From assembly GCA_041737125.1 (NCBI GenBank), contig JBGSSJ010000011.1:33568-97567 (forward strand): DNA of 64,000 bases, written 5' to 3'. Positions 36,604-47,510 of this stretch are shown piece after piece (position 1 is the first letter of the stretch; every line of letters starts with the position of its first letter). The DNA is from Minisyncoccia bacterium (GTDB lineage: Bacteria > Patescibacteriota > Minisyncoccia > Phycocordibacterales > UBA9973). Under the pieces are notes generated by a model. That model was not told where the DNA came from. It did no database searches and saw only the letters and a program-made list of their open reading frames with translations. The position numbers and the translations under genes are program-made.

Positions 36604-39582
36604 TTATTTGTTTTTATATATCTCTGATTTTTTGCAATATTCGCATTCTGACTGCTCGCCTCCGTAAGGCTTGAAGTTACATGTGCGAGTAGTCCAGCCA
36701 CCAGATGAAAGTGCTTTGTCATAGTCACTTATATCACGCACAAGTAAATCTATCTCCTCTTGTGTTACTTTGCCACTATAAACTGCATTTTTATCTTTAT
36801 GGTCAACTTCGAGGAATAGTAATTTCGACTGTGTGACATTCTGCCCCGTGAGTAAATACGAATACATAGCAAGCTGACGCATCAAGGTACTTAGTCTACC
36901 TTCTTCATCACGCTTCTCTATCATACCCTTTGTCTTTGAGCTACCAGTTTTGAAATCTGTCACAGTTATACCCCCATCATAATTCTCGGTTAAGTCTATT
37001 TTGCCGTACATTTTCAAGTGAGGGAAATTCTTATCGTGGTACGACACAGAGCGCTCCGTCATGTAACTACTATGTATGTGTGGATAGTAATTGCGCGCCC
37101 AATTTGTTAATATCTTTTTCGCATTTTTATTTATTCTTTGTCGTAATGATTTATCTTTAACTATTTCTTTATCAAGAGCATTTTCTACTATCTCTCCGAG
37201 AACTTTATCTGTGACTTTTATTTTATCTTTTAATATTTTCTCTATACTTATATGCACCACACTACCCAAAGTTAAGCTCTCAGTCTTCGGCGTTGGAAGC
37301 TGGAGGAAGCTATTGAAATACCATTTCCACGGACACTCGAAAAAGTTATTAAGTAGTGTCACAGACACATTCTTATCCATATACTCTTTAGCGACGATAT
37401 CTGCTAACTCCTTCATCCCTACTATTTCTTTCTGTGAATTATTCTCTATATAAGTAAGTGGATTTTCCCCGCCTATTATTTTTATCGAATCCTCAACTTT
37501 ATTCTGTTTGATATTCTTCTCACCTATTTCTCCGATAATGCGAGCGACAGTAAGCGTACTACCAGAGAGTGAAGTTTGCGCATATGACACAGTGCAATGC
37601 CTTTTCGCCCTTGTAATTGCTACATAAAGTTCTCTTTTGGCTGTTAATTCATCTTTCGTTTCAACTATATTCTCTATTGATTCAGGCAGGATAAAGCCTC
37701 TTCTCCTACCGTTCATCAAGCTGTTCTCATTCATGTGAGCTATGTGAACTACATCAAATTCAAGCCCTTTCGAAGCATGGAGTGTCATCACATTTATACC
37801 TGATTGCACTCCAATTGTCGCAAGTGGTATGTGGTGATTGTATGATTCTAATCTATCTAAATATTCGATGAACTCGCCAAGAGTTGTATGTGGATGTTTC
37901 TCTATGTGTGATAATGCGAGGTGCAAATATGTGCGAATCACTTCCGCGTATCGTACTAGCTCATCATGCTCCCCTGTTTTATCTATGAAGAATTCTTTCC
38001 CTATCAATTGTAATAATGTGTAAATATCTCCGTTCTTATTTATCTCCATAAAAGATTCCAGACTTTTACCAAGAGCTCTTATAGGATTACTATCTGAGAA
38101 TAAATCTACACTATTATCTTTTGTATATTTAGTAAAATCTTCAACAGAAAGATTCCTGGTGTTGGTAGACTTTAGAAATGCGTGAGCTTCAAGCGGTGCA
38201 ATACTAGAGTTGGGTATGAATAATAATTCACCTAAAGCCACGCTATCATAAGGATCATTTATGGCTTTCAGAATATTTTTCAAAATATAAGTCTCATTCA
38301 TATCGAAGAACGAGCTATTGTTACCGACGGATACAGGAAGACCCATGTCTTTGAGTATTCTTACAGCAGAGCGTACATTCCTATTCTTCGGCACGAGCAG
38401 TGCACAATGACTAGGCTCTACACCATTATCAATATGACTTTTGAATAATTGACCTGCGAGCAGTACTTCATCACGCTCATATTCACAAGTGTAGAGCTCA
38501 ACAATAGAACTTTCTTTCGTATTACTTATGAGCTTACCTTCGGCCATTGTGCTCGTAAGTAGTACATCTGCAGTATCAAGAATGTCTTGAGTAGAGCGAT
38601 AATTATCCACAAGTGTTATCAGGTGCGCTTTACCAAATGAACTTTTGAATTCTTCAAAGAATGTGACCGATGCTCCTCCGAAGCCATAGATAAGCTGGCG
38701 GTCATCCCCCACTACGAATATATTCGGTCGCTCAACTTCACTCCAAATTGTTTTGAGGAATTGATTCTGTATACCACTCGAATCTTGATGCTCATCTATT
38801 AGGACATACTGACTATTCTCTTGTATCTCGGACTTCACATCATCTGAAATATTTATAATATTGAGCGCATAAGCAAGCACATCATCGTAATCCATGTAGC
38901 CTTGTTCCCTTTTCGTCTTCTCATAAATGGCATAAAATGTTACTGCTTCTTTGGATCGCAACAACGACTCTATCTTCTTCTCCACTTCCTTTTTCAGTTG
39001 ACCCTTACTCTCGCCTCGGCTAGAAATACTTTCAGGATCATTCTCTATAATTTTTATCTCCTCATCGATCATCTTACCGAAACTTTCTGCCGTAATAGAC
39101 TCACGCTTCAATAATGATATTAGTGACTTTAAATCATGGAAATATTGTGATGGGTTATTACGAGGACGCAAGTACTCCCACTCATTCTTGTGTAGAATTT
39201 CATCAAAAAGTAAAACAGAGTCTTGCTCATCGATAAGGATAGGCATAGATTCCATATCAAGAAGAGCATAGTGCTTCTCTACAATTTTCTGTGCAAAGCT
39301 ATGGAAGGTAGAGACTTGGACTTCACCTGATGCTTCACCGATATATTTCTTCAGACGTTCGCGCATAGCAAAGACTCCGGAATTCGTAAATGTCAGACAT
39401 AATACTCCATGTGGACCAATGTCTGTTTTTATCAATATGTTTGCAATACGAAGAGCGAGTACTTCTGTCTTCCCTGTACCTGGGCCTGCCACTACCATCA
39501 CAGGGCCATCGATAGTATCCACAGCTTCTTTCTGTTTGTTATTGAGCATTTTATAGGATTGTTCGAAAGTCGCCTTATGCAT
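36604..39582 (-). CDS. UvrD/PcrA-like SF1 helicase fused to a C-terminal PD-(D/E)XK nuclease with an Fe-S cysteine set
   Basis: AGPGTGKT, DEHQD, VGDDRQLIY, NYRS, HASKGLEF, YVAITRA; ECPWKW, GKIDL, DFKTG, QL..Y, C...CEYC. Confidence 0.92.
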   Translation of the reverse strand: MHKATFEQSYKMLNNKQKEAVDTIDGPVMVVAGPGTGKTEVLALRIANILIKTDIGPHGVLCLTFTNSGVFAMRERLKKYIGEASGEVQVSTFHSFAQKIVEKHYALLDMESMPILIDEQDSVLLFDEILHKNEWEYLRPRNNPSQYFHDLKSLISLLKRESITAESFGKMIDEEIKIIENDPESISSRGESKGQLKKEVEKKIESLLRSKEAVTFYAIYEKTKREQGYMDYDDVLAYALNIINISDDVKSEIQENSQYVLIDEHQDSSGIQNQFLKTIWSEVERPNIFVVGDDRQLIYGFGGASVTFFEEFKSSFGKAHLITLVDNYRSTQDILDTADVLLTSTMAEGKLISNTKESSIVELYTCEYERDEVLLAGQLFKSHIDNGVEPSHCALLVPKNRNVRSAVRILKDMGLPVSVGNNSSFFDMNETYILKNILKAINDPYDSVALGELLFIPNSSIAPLEAHAFLKSTNTRNLSVEDFTKYTKDNSVDLFSDSNPIRALGKSLESFMEINKNGDIYTLLQLIGKEFFIDKTGEHDELVRYAEVIRTYLHLALSHIEKHPHTTLGEFIEYLDRLESYNHHIPLATIGVQSGINVMTLHASKGLEFDVVHIAHMNENSLMNGRRRGFILPESIENIVETKDELTAKRELYVAITRAKRHCTVSYAQTSLSGSTLTVARIIGEIGEKNIKQNKVEDSIKIIGGENPLTYIENNSQKEIVGMKELADIVAKEYMDKNVSVTLLNNFFECPWKWYFNSFLQLPTPKTESLTLGSVVHISIEKILKDKIKVTDKVLGEIVENALDKEIVKDKSLRQRINKNAKKILTNWARNYYPHIHSSYMTERSVSYHDKNFPHLKMYGKIDLTENYDGGITVTDFKTGSSKTKGMIEKRDEEGRLSTLMRQLAMYSYLLTGQNVTQSKLLFLEVDHKDKNAVYSGKVTQEEIDLLVRDISDYDKALSSGGWTTRTCNFKPYGGEQSECEYCKKSEIYKNK

Positions 39583-39636
39583 AGACTCATTATACTAGAC
39601 TATAGATAAAATGAGAAAATAAGCTATAATCAAGCA

Positions 39637-41376
39637 ATGAAAATATTATACCCATATGTTACAAAGTATTGGAAAGTCCTCATCCTTGCACTCGCACTTG
39701 CCACTATAAACCAAGTCTTCTCTTTACTCGATCCTTTAATCTTCCGCCATGTTATTGATAACTATGCGACGAAATTCGACCATTATACTTTGAACGAATT
39801 TATAAGAGGTGTGGGCTTGCTGCTACTTGCTGCTGTAGGTGTCGCTTTCGTATCACGCGTCGCGAAGAATTTCCAAGACTATTATGTAAATACAATTACA
39901 CAGAAAGTCGGAGCAGAAATGTATGCCGATGGTATCAAGCACTCACTCGAGCTACCTTACCAACAATTCGAGGATGAACGCAGTGGTGAAACATTAGGCA
40001 AAATTCAGAAAGCACGCACTGATACAGAGAAATTAATCAATGGATTAATTAATGTCGTTTTCATTTCTTTGGTTGGCTTCATCTTCGTTATGATTTATGC
40101 GATGAAAGTTTACTGGCCGATAGCACCACTTTACTTCCTTGCTATTCCTCTTATAGGTGGGACAAGCTTTTTATTATCAAACAAAATAAAAAAGGTTCAG
40201 AAAAAGATATTCGAAGAGACAGCAGCCCTCGCCGGTACTACAACTGAATCGCTCCGCAATATTGAATTAGTTAAGAGCTTAGGTTTATCCAAGCAGGAAA
40301 TCGATCGCCTTAATAGCACTACGGACAAGATACTCATTCTTGAATTAAAGAAAGTGAAATATCTACGTAGCTTATCCTTCATTCAAGGAACTATTGTGAA
40401 CTTCGTACGAACTGCGATACTATTCATAATGCTCTACCTTATATTTACGCAGAAAATTACTTTCGGTGAATTCTTCTCTCTTTGGATTTATTCATTCTTC
40501 TTATTCCAGCCACTCCAAGAACTTGGCAATATAATCAGCACTTACCGAGAGAGCGAAGCAAGCCTCGAGAACTTTAAGCAAATAATAGAGGCTCCTATAG
40601 AACAAAAACCTACAGGCGCGATTAAAATCGATAAGATAGAATCATTATCATTTGAAAGTGTGAAATTCAAGCATAAATCTGCAAACACTGAAGCCCTTGG
40701 TGGTGTATCGTTTGACGCCAAGCGCGGTGAGACTATAGCATTCGTCGGCCCTTCTGGCTCTGGCAAGACTACACTAGTGAAGCTCCTTGTTGGACTATAT
40801 CAGCCAATAGTTGGAGATATAAAATACAACAATACTTCCTATAACAAAATAGATATCGACACAGTTCGCTCTCAAATAGGATTCGTCACTCAGGACACAC
40901 AACTATTCGCAGGAACTATTCGCGAGAATTTATTATTCGTAAATCCTGATGCGACGGATGCAATGTGTCTAGATGTGCTTGAGAAAGCTTCATGCCAGAC
41001 ACTTCTTGCTCGTGCTGAGAAAGGACTCGACACTGTCATAGGTGAAGGTGGAGTGAAAGTCTCCGGTGGTGAGAAGCAGCGCTTATCTATAGCTCGTGCG
41101 CTCCTTCGCAAGCCGAAGCTTCTAGTATTCGATGAAGCGACTTCATCACTAGATTCAATTACTGAAGAAGAAATATCAAAAACAGTACAATCCATAAGTG
41201 AAGCAAAAGAGCATATCACCGTCCTTATCGCTCACAGACTTTCTACTATCATGCATGCTGATCGTATCTACGTCCTTGAAAAGGGGCTGATTATAGAGAG
41301 TGGTTCTCACCAAAGCCTCATAGACCAAAAAGGCCTCTACGCCGCCATGTGGAGACAACAAATTGGGGAAAAATAG
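39637..41376 (+). CDS. ABC exporter half-transporter (permease plus ATPase, MsbA/MdlB-like)
   Basis: N-terminal multi-TM region; GPSGSGKT, VSGGEKQR, FDEATSSLD, AHRLST. Confidence 0.95.
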   Translation: MKILYPYVTKYWKVLILALALATINQVFSLLDPLIFRHVIDNYATKFDHYTLNEFIRGVGLLLLAAVGVAFVSRVAKNFQDYYVNTITQKVGAEMYADGIKHSLELPYQQFEDERSGETLGKIQKARTDTEKLINGLINVVFISLVGFIFVMIYAMKVYWPIAPLYFLAIPLIGGTSFLLSNKIKKVQKKIFEETAALAGTTTESLRNIELVKSLGLSKQEIDRLNSTTDKILILELKKVKYLRSLSFIQGTIVNFVRTAILFIMLYLIFTQKITFGEFFSLWIYSFFLFQPLQELGNIISTYRESEASLENFKQIIEAPIEQKPTGAIKIDKIESLSFESVKFKHKSANTEALGGVSFDAKRGETIAFVGPSGSGKTTLVKLLVGLYQPIVGDIKYNNTSYNKIDIDTVRSQIGFVTQDTQLFAGTIRENLLFVNPDATDAMCLDVLEKASCQTLLARAEKGLDTVIGEGGVKVSGGEKQRLSIARALLRKPKLLVFDEATSSLDSITEEEISKTVQSISEAKEHITVLIAHRLSTIMHADRIYVLEKGLIIESGSHQSLIDQKGLYAAMWRQQIGEK

Positions 41377-41415
41377 AAATTTGCATAGCAAGTTAAATCT
41401 TGATAAAATGTACTT

Positions 41416-41766
41416 ATGAAAGAAAGTCTTAATCCTAATATGAATAATCTCTCTGAATTAAGTACAGAAAGAGAACTCTTACTAAAAGAGCAAAAGGAAT
41501 TACAAGAGTTTATGTCCTCTATACCGAGCCTTTCTTTCCCTTCTGATTGGAAAGTAAGTTTTAATGCTCCGCGAAAAGATTTTCCAGTATCTTTTATAAT
41601 AAATGAATCTGTCTCAGTTGTTTTAAATTATCAAGAGAAAAGATGGAATTTGCTCACATTGTACTCAGAACCTGTAGAAGAGGAGAATAGTATGTACGAC
41701 GGACGAACTAGTGATAATGTTGATGTTAATAAAGATTTAATTACTGTAATTCAGAAATATTTATAA
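41416..41766 (+). CDS. Hypothetical protein
   Basis: 116-aa ORF with TAAAAT 6 nt upstream of the ATG. Confidence 0.6.
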   Translation: MKESLNPNMNNLSELSTERELLLKEQKELQEFMSSIPSLSFPSDWKVSFNAPRKDFPVSFIINESVSVVLNYQEKRWNLLTLYSEPVEEENSMYDGRTSDNVDVNKDLITVIQKYL

Positions 41767-42499
41767 AAAATTCTTTCACTTTTACTACATCAGAACCTGA
41801 AGTCAAAATCTCAGGTTCTTTTTTATTATCTACTGGAGGGATATTATTCTCTTCTATCAATTGCTTCACCCTCTTAACTACGGATGGTGCTGGGTCGATG
41901 ATCTGCACTTTATCTCCTACTATTTTCTTTATCCGATTTATTAGGAATGCATAGTGTGTACAGCCGAGAACGAGCTCGTCTATGTCTTGCTCGATTAGTG
42001 GTTCTAAATATTCGCGTAAAAGTTTCTCTGCTTCATCACTATCACCCTTCCCTTCTTCTACAAGTTCTACTAAGCCATAACCCACCACAGTATGCACTTC
42101 TACATTACTTGCGAACTTATCTATATTCTCTTGTAATTTTTGTCCTTCTGCTGTCACTTTCGTCGCAAGCACTCCTATGTGCCCAGTCTGGGAATGCTCT
42201 CCTGCAGGCTTGATCGCAGGCTCGATACCCACAAATGGTATATCGTATTTCTCGCGTAGTATATCTATTGCAGCCGAAGTCGCAGTATTACAAGCGACAA
42301 CTACAAGCTCGCAATCCTTTGCAATCAAGAAGTCAGTAATATTAGATGAGAACTCTACTATCTCTTCCCTCGTATGAGATCCATAAGGAATATGCGCCTG
42401 ATCGGCATAATATATAAAGTTATAGTTGGGTAGCTCTTCCCTTAGATACTTCAGTATCCATAGTCCACCCAAGCCTGAATCAAATACTCCAATAGTCAT
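41741..42499 (-). CDS. murI: Glutamate racemase
   Basis: IGVFDSGLGG, PYG, VACNTAT, LGCTHY. Confidence 0.97.
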   Translation of the reverse strand: MTIGVFDSGLGGLWILKYLREELPNYNFIYYADQAHIPYGSHTREEIVEFSSNITDFLIAKDCELVVVACNTATSAAIDILREKYDIPFVGIEPAIKPAGEHSQTGHIGVLATKVTAEGQKLQENIDKFASNVEVHTVVGYGLVELVEEGKGDSDEAEKLLREYLEPLIEQDIDELVLGCTHYAFLINRIKKIVGDKVQIIDPAPSVVKRVKQLIEENNIPPVDNKKEPEILTSGSDVVKVKEFFINISELQ

Positions 42500-42503
42500 A
42501 TGC

Positions 42504-43190
42504 TTATCTTATCATAATTAACTTTTTAGTTGATTTCGTAAGTGTGATACAACCCTTCTTTGTAATTAGGCATGTATCTTCTATGCGAATTCCCAATTTA
42601 TTCTTCATGTATACACCAGGCTCTATGGTTATGACCATATTCTCTTTTAAGATTGGCTTTGTGAGCTTATGATAAAGTTTTGGTTCTTCGTGAATCTTCT
42701 TCCCTACTCCGTGGCCTAGTATATGGATAAAGTACTTTTTATATTTACCTAGTGAATTACGAACTATATCATCTACATCAGCACAATGCATTCCTGTCGT
42801 AGCTATATTTATACCTAACTCTTCAGATTTCAACATTAGACTATATAAATCTTTCTCTTCTTTTGTGGGTTTCCCTATAAAAATAGTTCTTGTCATATCC
42901 GACATATATCGCTCGTACACTACTCCGAAATCAATAATAACAAAACCGTATAATTTATTATCTGTTGATTGTGGGTGTATTTCATTTCCCGCACGTTTAC
43001 CTCCACTAACTATCAGTGGGAAGCTTGGCTTCAAACCTCTTTTCTTTATCTCCCCTAGTATAAAATCCCGAAGCTCTACCTCTGTCATCTTCTTCAAATC
43101 TTGTTTCAAGATTAAATCAAAAATATCATCCGTCACCTTGCATGCCTTTTTAACTTTCTCTATTTCTTCTTTTGTTTTTATTTGTGCCAT
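42504..43190 (-). CDS. M24-family Xaa-Pro aminopeptidase, catalytic domain only
   Basis: IDFG, SDMTRT, H.LGHGVG..IHEEP, TIEPG, RIED. Confidence 0.9.
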   Translation of the reverse strand: MAQIKTKEEIEKVKKACKVTDDIFDLILKQDLKKMTEVELRDFILGEIKKRGLKPSFPLIVSGGKRAGNEIHPQSTDNKLYGFVIIDFGVVYERYMSDMTRTIFIGKPTKEEKDLYSLMLKSEELGINIATTGMHCADVDDIVRNSLGKYKKYFIHILGHGVGKKIHEEPKLYHKLTKPILKENMVITIEPGVYMKNKLGIRIEDTCLITKKGCITLTKSTKKLIMIR

Positions 43191-43281
43191 ATAGCAATTA
43201 TTATACTATAAAAAACAGGTGGCATAACGAGGTATTTTACAAAATCTTGATACCAGGCTTATATTAAGCTATAATATTGAC

Positions 43282-44076
43282 ATGAGCATGAGTAATCCGT
43301 TTGATAGTAAAGTAGATTCTCCAGCAATGAAACCTGCGACTCAAGATACGAGTAAGGTAATTTCGGATTTTGAATTGTTAAAGAAAGATCTACGTGAGAA
43401 AATCAAAAACTTCACTCCGGAAGAAATAAAAGGTCTCAATAAAGATATAAGTGAACGGTTTACGTCTTTTACAACTGACTGTCTTTCTAGGTTTAAAAAA
43501 GTAGTTTCTCCAGAAATTTTTAATGATTTCTGTGAAGCATTGAAAAAGTATCCTATTATTGACCTAGCAGCTGGAGATCTTAAAAATGACGATGGGGAGT
43601 TGCTTGATTTACTTTATAAAGGAAATTGGAGAGATGGTGGGATGTATCATCCAAATCAAAATGACCCTTATTCAAATAATATAGACAAGGCTGGTTTACC
43701 CGAACCTGCAGGATATACTGCCGTAGATAAATATCAAAAAGCTACAAAGATATCAGATAATCCCCATATTACACAAGTTCAGGAAGATTTATTAGTTTAT
43801 TTAAAAGATACCCCAAATGGATCATCAAATATCTTCATTGGAGGATTTGATAATATTATATCTAGCCCGAAAGATGGAGAAGAAGATTTATATCGTGCTA
43901 TGCTTGTTCTTAAAATAGGAGATGTCGTTCCTGTAGGTGCCTACGTTCTATCAGTAAATTCAAACTTAGAAGGACGGCATCAGAATAAAATATTAAAACT
44001 TACAGACGTCGGATTTGAAAGGGTTGATACTAATGGAATTATGTATACTAATTTATACAAAAAAGTTTCTGAATAG
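43282..44076 (+). CDS. Hypothetical protein, possibly a degenerate Rossmann/SAM-binding fold
   Basis: 264-aa ORF with TATAAT 6 nt upstream; IIDLAAG...YTAVD pattern. Confidence 0.6.
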   Translation: MSMSNPFDSKVDSPAMKPATQDTSKVISDFELLKKDLREKIKNFTPEEIKGLNKDISERFTSFTTDCLSRFKKVVSPEIFNDFCEALKKYPIIDLAAGDLKNDDGELLDLLYKGNWRDGGMYHPNQNDPYSNNIDKAGLPEPAGYTAVDKYQKATKISDNPHITQVQEDLLVYLKDTPNGSSNIFIGGFDNIISSPKDGEEDLYRAMLVLKIGDVVPVGAYVLSVNSNLEGRHQNKILKLTDVGFERVDTNGIMYTNLYKKVSE

Positions 44077-44196
44077 GGTTATACTGACTTGTTATTGGTT
44101 TTGTTATAGAAAACAAAGCTACTATGAAAATGCAGAAACAGTTGTTTGAAATTATTTGGGATAGCATCAAGTAACAACTAAAATAATAAAGGGATA

Positions 44197-44880
44197 TTAT
44201 TTCTGCAAATAGGTTAGCCAGTAGTCGCGCTTGTAGATACGGTCGTTAAAAGTAGAGTAGCTTGTCTTCTTCGTCAAAGATAGTATTTTGAAATATTGTC
44301 CATACATTTTCATAAAATCTTCACGAGAAAATACACGCTCTGTTAAGCCAATTTCTTTTAATATGTAAGTGTCATATTCTTTACCTGGGCTATCTTTGAG
44401 CAAATTCTTCACATTCTTATTGCCATCTTTGCAAAGTGCGCGGACGAACATATACCCTCCATCCTTCAGTACTCGATTGCATTCTGCCAGATAAACTTCT
44501 CGCCCTTTCTCATCGAGAGAATTCGATGAAGTCACATCTAGTATTATATCTATCGATGAATCTTCTAGCTCATACTTCTGCCCTATATCACCGAGTCTAT
44601 AGTCAACTTTCACACCTCCGTCTTTCACACGAGCAATAGCAAGGTTTAATGCTGTTTTTGATATTTCAATTCCTATTACATTATTACCTTTCTCTGCTAG
44701 GTAATTCGCATTCCTTCCTGTACCACAACCAAGGTCTAGAATGCTCTTATCTTCAACTACAAACTTCTGATCTTTTTTAAGAAATTTCAAGAACCGCAAA
44801 GTATCAGCATTCGGGCCGTCATTCTTCGTGACGAGTTTTGGATTCCTGTATTCCCTATCCCATGTATTCCCTTGATTCAT
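44197..44880 (-). CDS. Class I SAM-dependent methyltransferase
   Basis: ILDLGCGTGRN, GIEIS, RVLKDGG. Confidence 0.92.
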   Translation of the reverse strand: MNQGNTWDREYRNPKLVTKNDGPNADTLRFLKFLKKDQKFVVEDKSILDLGCGTGRNANYLAEKGNNVIGIEISKTALNLAIARVKDGGVKVDYRLGDIGQKYELEDSSIDIILDVTSSNSLDEKGREVYLAECNRVLKDGGYMFVRALCKDGNKNVKNLLKDSPGKEYDTYILKEIGLTERVFSREDFMKMYGQYFKILSLTKKTSYSTFNDRIYKRDYWLTYLQK

Positions 44881-44881
44881 A

Positions 44882-46129
44882 TTAAGCTTTCGTTATATCA
44901 CGAGGATAGAATATATTCACTGTCCAGTCGACAACAATTTTAATTCGTTTTGATTTCGATAAGAATTTGAATAGGTATATCGTACGCCAGACGAACCAAG
45001 CAAGAGGACCAGAGAATTTAAATCCATAAATATCCGCCACTGCTCGCCATTGCCCAAGTGATACCAGGCTACCTTTTAGCTTAAAAGAGAATGGCGCGAG
45101 CTCTCCACCTTCGAGTAACCTTTTTATATTCCTCCCTACATGCGCGCCTTGGCTTACTGCGACTTGAGCAAGCATAGGCAGAGGCCTATCTTCGGGCTTA
45201 AGAGCGAAGCTTGCTACATCACCTAGCACAAATACATTCGGGTAATTCTCAATCTGTAGATATGAATTAACTATCACTCTGCCACCTTTATCAAGATGTA
45301 TTGGGCTTGAGAACACGGGAGTATTGGGCTTGACTCCAGCAGTCCACACAACAGTACTTACTGGTAATACTGAATCATCACCTAGCACCACGCTGTCCTT
45401 CCTTACTTCTTTGACGCTAGTATTAAGCATGACTTTTACTCCGCTATCCTTTAGCACTTCCAGAGCTTCTTTGCGTAATGATTCATGGAAAGGATTTAAT
45501 ACTTCACTACTTTGATTTATAAGTGATAAAGTTACATCCTCACACTTTATAATTCCATGATAATACTTCATGAGTGTATCATTTATAAGTTCAGCCATTT
45601 CTGTCACTATCTCTACTCCTGTCGGACCTCCACCCACCACAGCGAAAGTTAATTCCTTCTTTCTATCTTCTTCGTTCATCTCTGAAGCATCTTCGAACTT
45701 TTGTATAAGGAGGTTACGAAGCTTAATAGCATCACGTAAATCTTTCAGTACTAGTGCATGCTCCTCGGCACCAGGAGTGTTGAAGAAATTCGTCGTCGCA
45801 CCTAGTGCCACAACTAGCACATCGTACTTTAATTCACCTAAAGTTGTCTTTACTTTCTGATTGATACAATCAATAGATTCGAGTTCTGCAATGTGGAGCT
45901 TGTCATTCGTCTTGTATATAATCTGACGGATAGATTCTACAACTTGGTGATGTGATATACCTCCCGTCGCAACTTCGTGAAGCATAGGAGTGAAGAGGAA
46001 GTAGTTATTCCTATTCACTATCGTTATATCAATATCGTCGTGCTCGAAATATTTATACAAACCTTTATAAGTATAAAGTCCACCGAAGCCTCCACCCAGT
46101 ATTACAATTTTCTTCTTTTCTTTATTCAT
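44882..46129 (-). CDS. ndh: Type II NADH dehydrogenase (FAD-dependent oxidoreductase)
   Basis: ILGGGFGG, FTPMLHEVA, VVGGGPTGVE, WTAG, LGD, AQVA.SQG, C-terminal amphipathic LAWFVWR. Confidence 0.9.
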   Translation of the reverse strand: MNKEKKKIVILGGGFGGLYTYKGLYKYFEHDDIDITIVNRNNYFLFTPMLHEVATGGISHHQVVESIRQIIYKTNDKLHIAELESIDCINQKVKTTLGELKYDVLVVALGATTNFFNTPGAEEHALVLKDLRDAIKLRNLLIQKFEDASEMNEEDRKKELTFAVVGGGPTGVEIVTEMAELINDTLMKYYHGIIKCEDVTLSLINQSSEVLNPFHESLRKEALEVLKDSGVKVMLNTSVKEVRKDSVVLGDDSVLPVSTVVWTAGVKPNTPVFSSPIHLDKGGRVIVNSYLQIENYPNVFVLGDVASFALKPEDRPLPMLAQVAVSQGAHVGRNIKRLLEGGELAPFSFKLKGSLVSLGQWRAVADIYGFKFSGPLAWFVWRTIYLFKFLSKSKRIKIVVDWTVNIFYPRDITKA

Positions 46130-46133
46130 ATTT

Positions 46134-47501
46134 TTACATTAATGCTAACTTGGGAGCTATACCCGTATAAGATGTCGGAGTCCATTTCTTGAGCTCCAAC
46201 TTTAGCTTATTTGAGATTTTCAAATTATCGATAAATTGTGCAAAGTCCTCCATAGTCACTTCTTTGCCACGAGTAAGATCTTTGAGTGCTTCATAAGGAA
46301 TCGGGTACCCTTCACGACGAAGGACTGTCTGTATGGCTTCGGCTACTATCTCTGGATGTGCAAGTAAATCATATAGGATACGAGCTTCATTCACACTTAT
46401 CTTACCAAGACCCTTCGCAAGTGAACTATATGCAAGCAAAGAGTGGCCAAACGCAGTTCCAAATGCACGCTCTACTGTAGAGTCGGACAGGTCGCGCTGA
46501 AGTCGTGATATAGGTAACTTGTTTGAGAAGAATGTGAACAAAGCATTGGCAAGACCCAAGTTCCCTTCACTATTCTCAAAATCAATCGGGTTTACTTTGT
46601 GAGGCATAGTCGATGAGCCCACTTCACCCTTCTTCACTTTCTGTATTAGGTATCCATCACTTATATACCGCCACATATCTTGATTACAATCTATAAGAAT
46701 ATTATTAATATGGCGAATCATATCGGATAGCTCAACATAAGTATCATGTGGTTCTATCTGAGTTGTTATCAAGTTGGGGCAGAGTGATACACCTTCGACT
46801 TTGCCCAGGCGCTCTATGAACTTTTTCGTAAAGACGGGCCAATTAACACTAGGGTATGCTGCCACAAATGCATTGTAATTACCAGTCGCACCGTTTAGCT
46901 TGGCCATTACTTTAAATTTATTTAGGAGGAATATTTGTCTTCTAAGCCTATCGGCGAAAACTGCAAACTCTTTGCCTAAAGTTGTAGGGCTTGCGCTCTG
47001 ACCATGAGTGCGGGCAAGCATCGGAGTACGCGCATACACCTTGGCATATTCTTTCAAAGTTTTGTTTATATCTGTAAGTGCGGGGAGGATTACATTCTTC
47101 GTGCCGGATGCAAGCATGAGTGCGTATGCGCAATTATTCGTATCCTCAGATGTTAGTCCGAAGTGCACCCACTCGAGAGTATTCGCTAGGCTCGTATTCT
47201 TTAATTCATCTTTCATGAAGTACTCGACTGCTTTCACATCGTGATTGGTTACCTTCTCGTGCTTCTTGATCTTTTTATAAGAGGCCTCAGTAAAATTCTG
47301 ATATAAAGCACGGACCTTCCCTACTTCAACACTTGTGAGCTTGCGTAAACCAATACCTTTCACTTCGGACAAACTAATAAAAAATTCGCACTCCACCATG
47401 ACTCTGTACTTCATAAGTGCATACTCAGAAAAGTATGGCGCAAGTGCGCGAGTCTTCTCGTAATATCGTCCGTCTAGTGGGTTTATGTTTGTGCTTTGCA
47501 T
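46134..47501 (-). CDS. purB: Adenylosuccinate lyase
   Basis: PLDGRY, TNHDVKAVEY, RTHGQ, GSSTMPHKVNPIDFEN, SRLQRDL. Confidence 0.97.
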   Translation of the reverse strand: MQSTNINPLDGRYYEKTRALAPYFSEYALMKYRVMVECEFFISLSEVKGIGLRKLTSVEVGKVRALYQNFTEASYKKIKKHEKVTNHDVKAVEYFMKDELKNTSLANTLEWVHFGLTSEDTNNCAYALMLASGTKNVILPALTDINKTLKEYAKVYARTPMLARTHGQSASPTTLGKEFAVFADRLRRQIFLLNKFKVMAKLNGATGNYNAFVAAYPSVNWPVFTKKFIERLGKVEGVSLCPNLITTQIEPHDTYVELSDMIRHINNILIDCNQDMWRYISDGYLIQKVKKGEVGSSTMPHKVNPIDFENSEGNLGLANALFTFFSNKLPISRLQRDLSDSTVERAFGTAFGHSLLAYSSLAKGLGKISVNEARILYDLLAHPEIVAEAIQTVLRREGYPIPYEALKDLTRGKEVTMEDFAQFIDNLKISNKLKLELKKWTPTSYTGIAPKLALM

Positions 47502-47510
47502 TTTTTTCTA

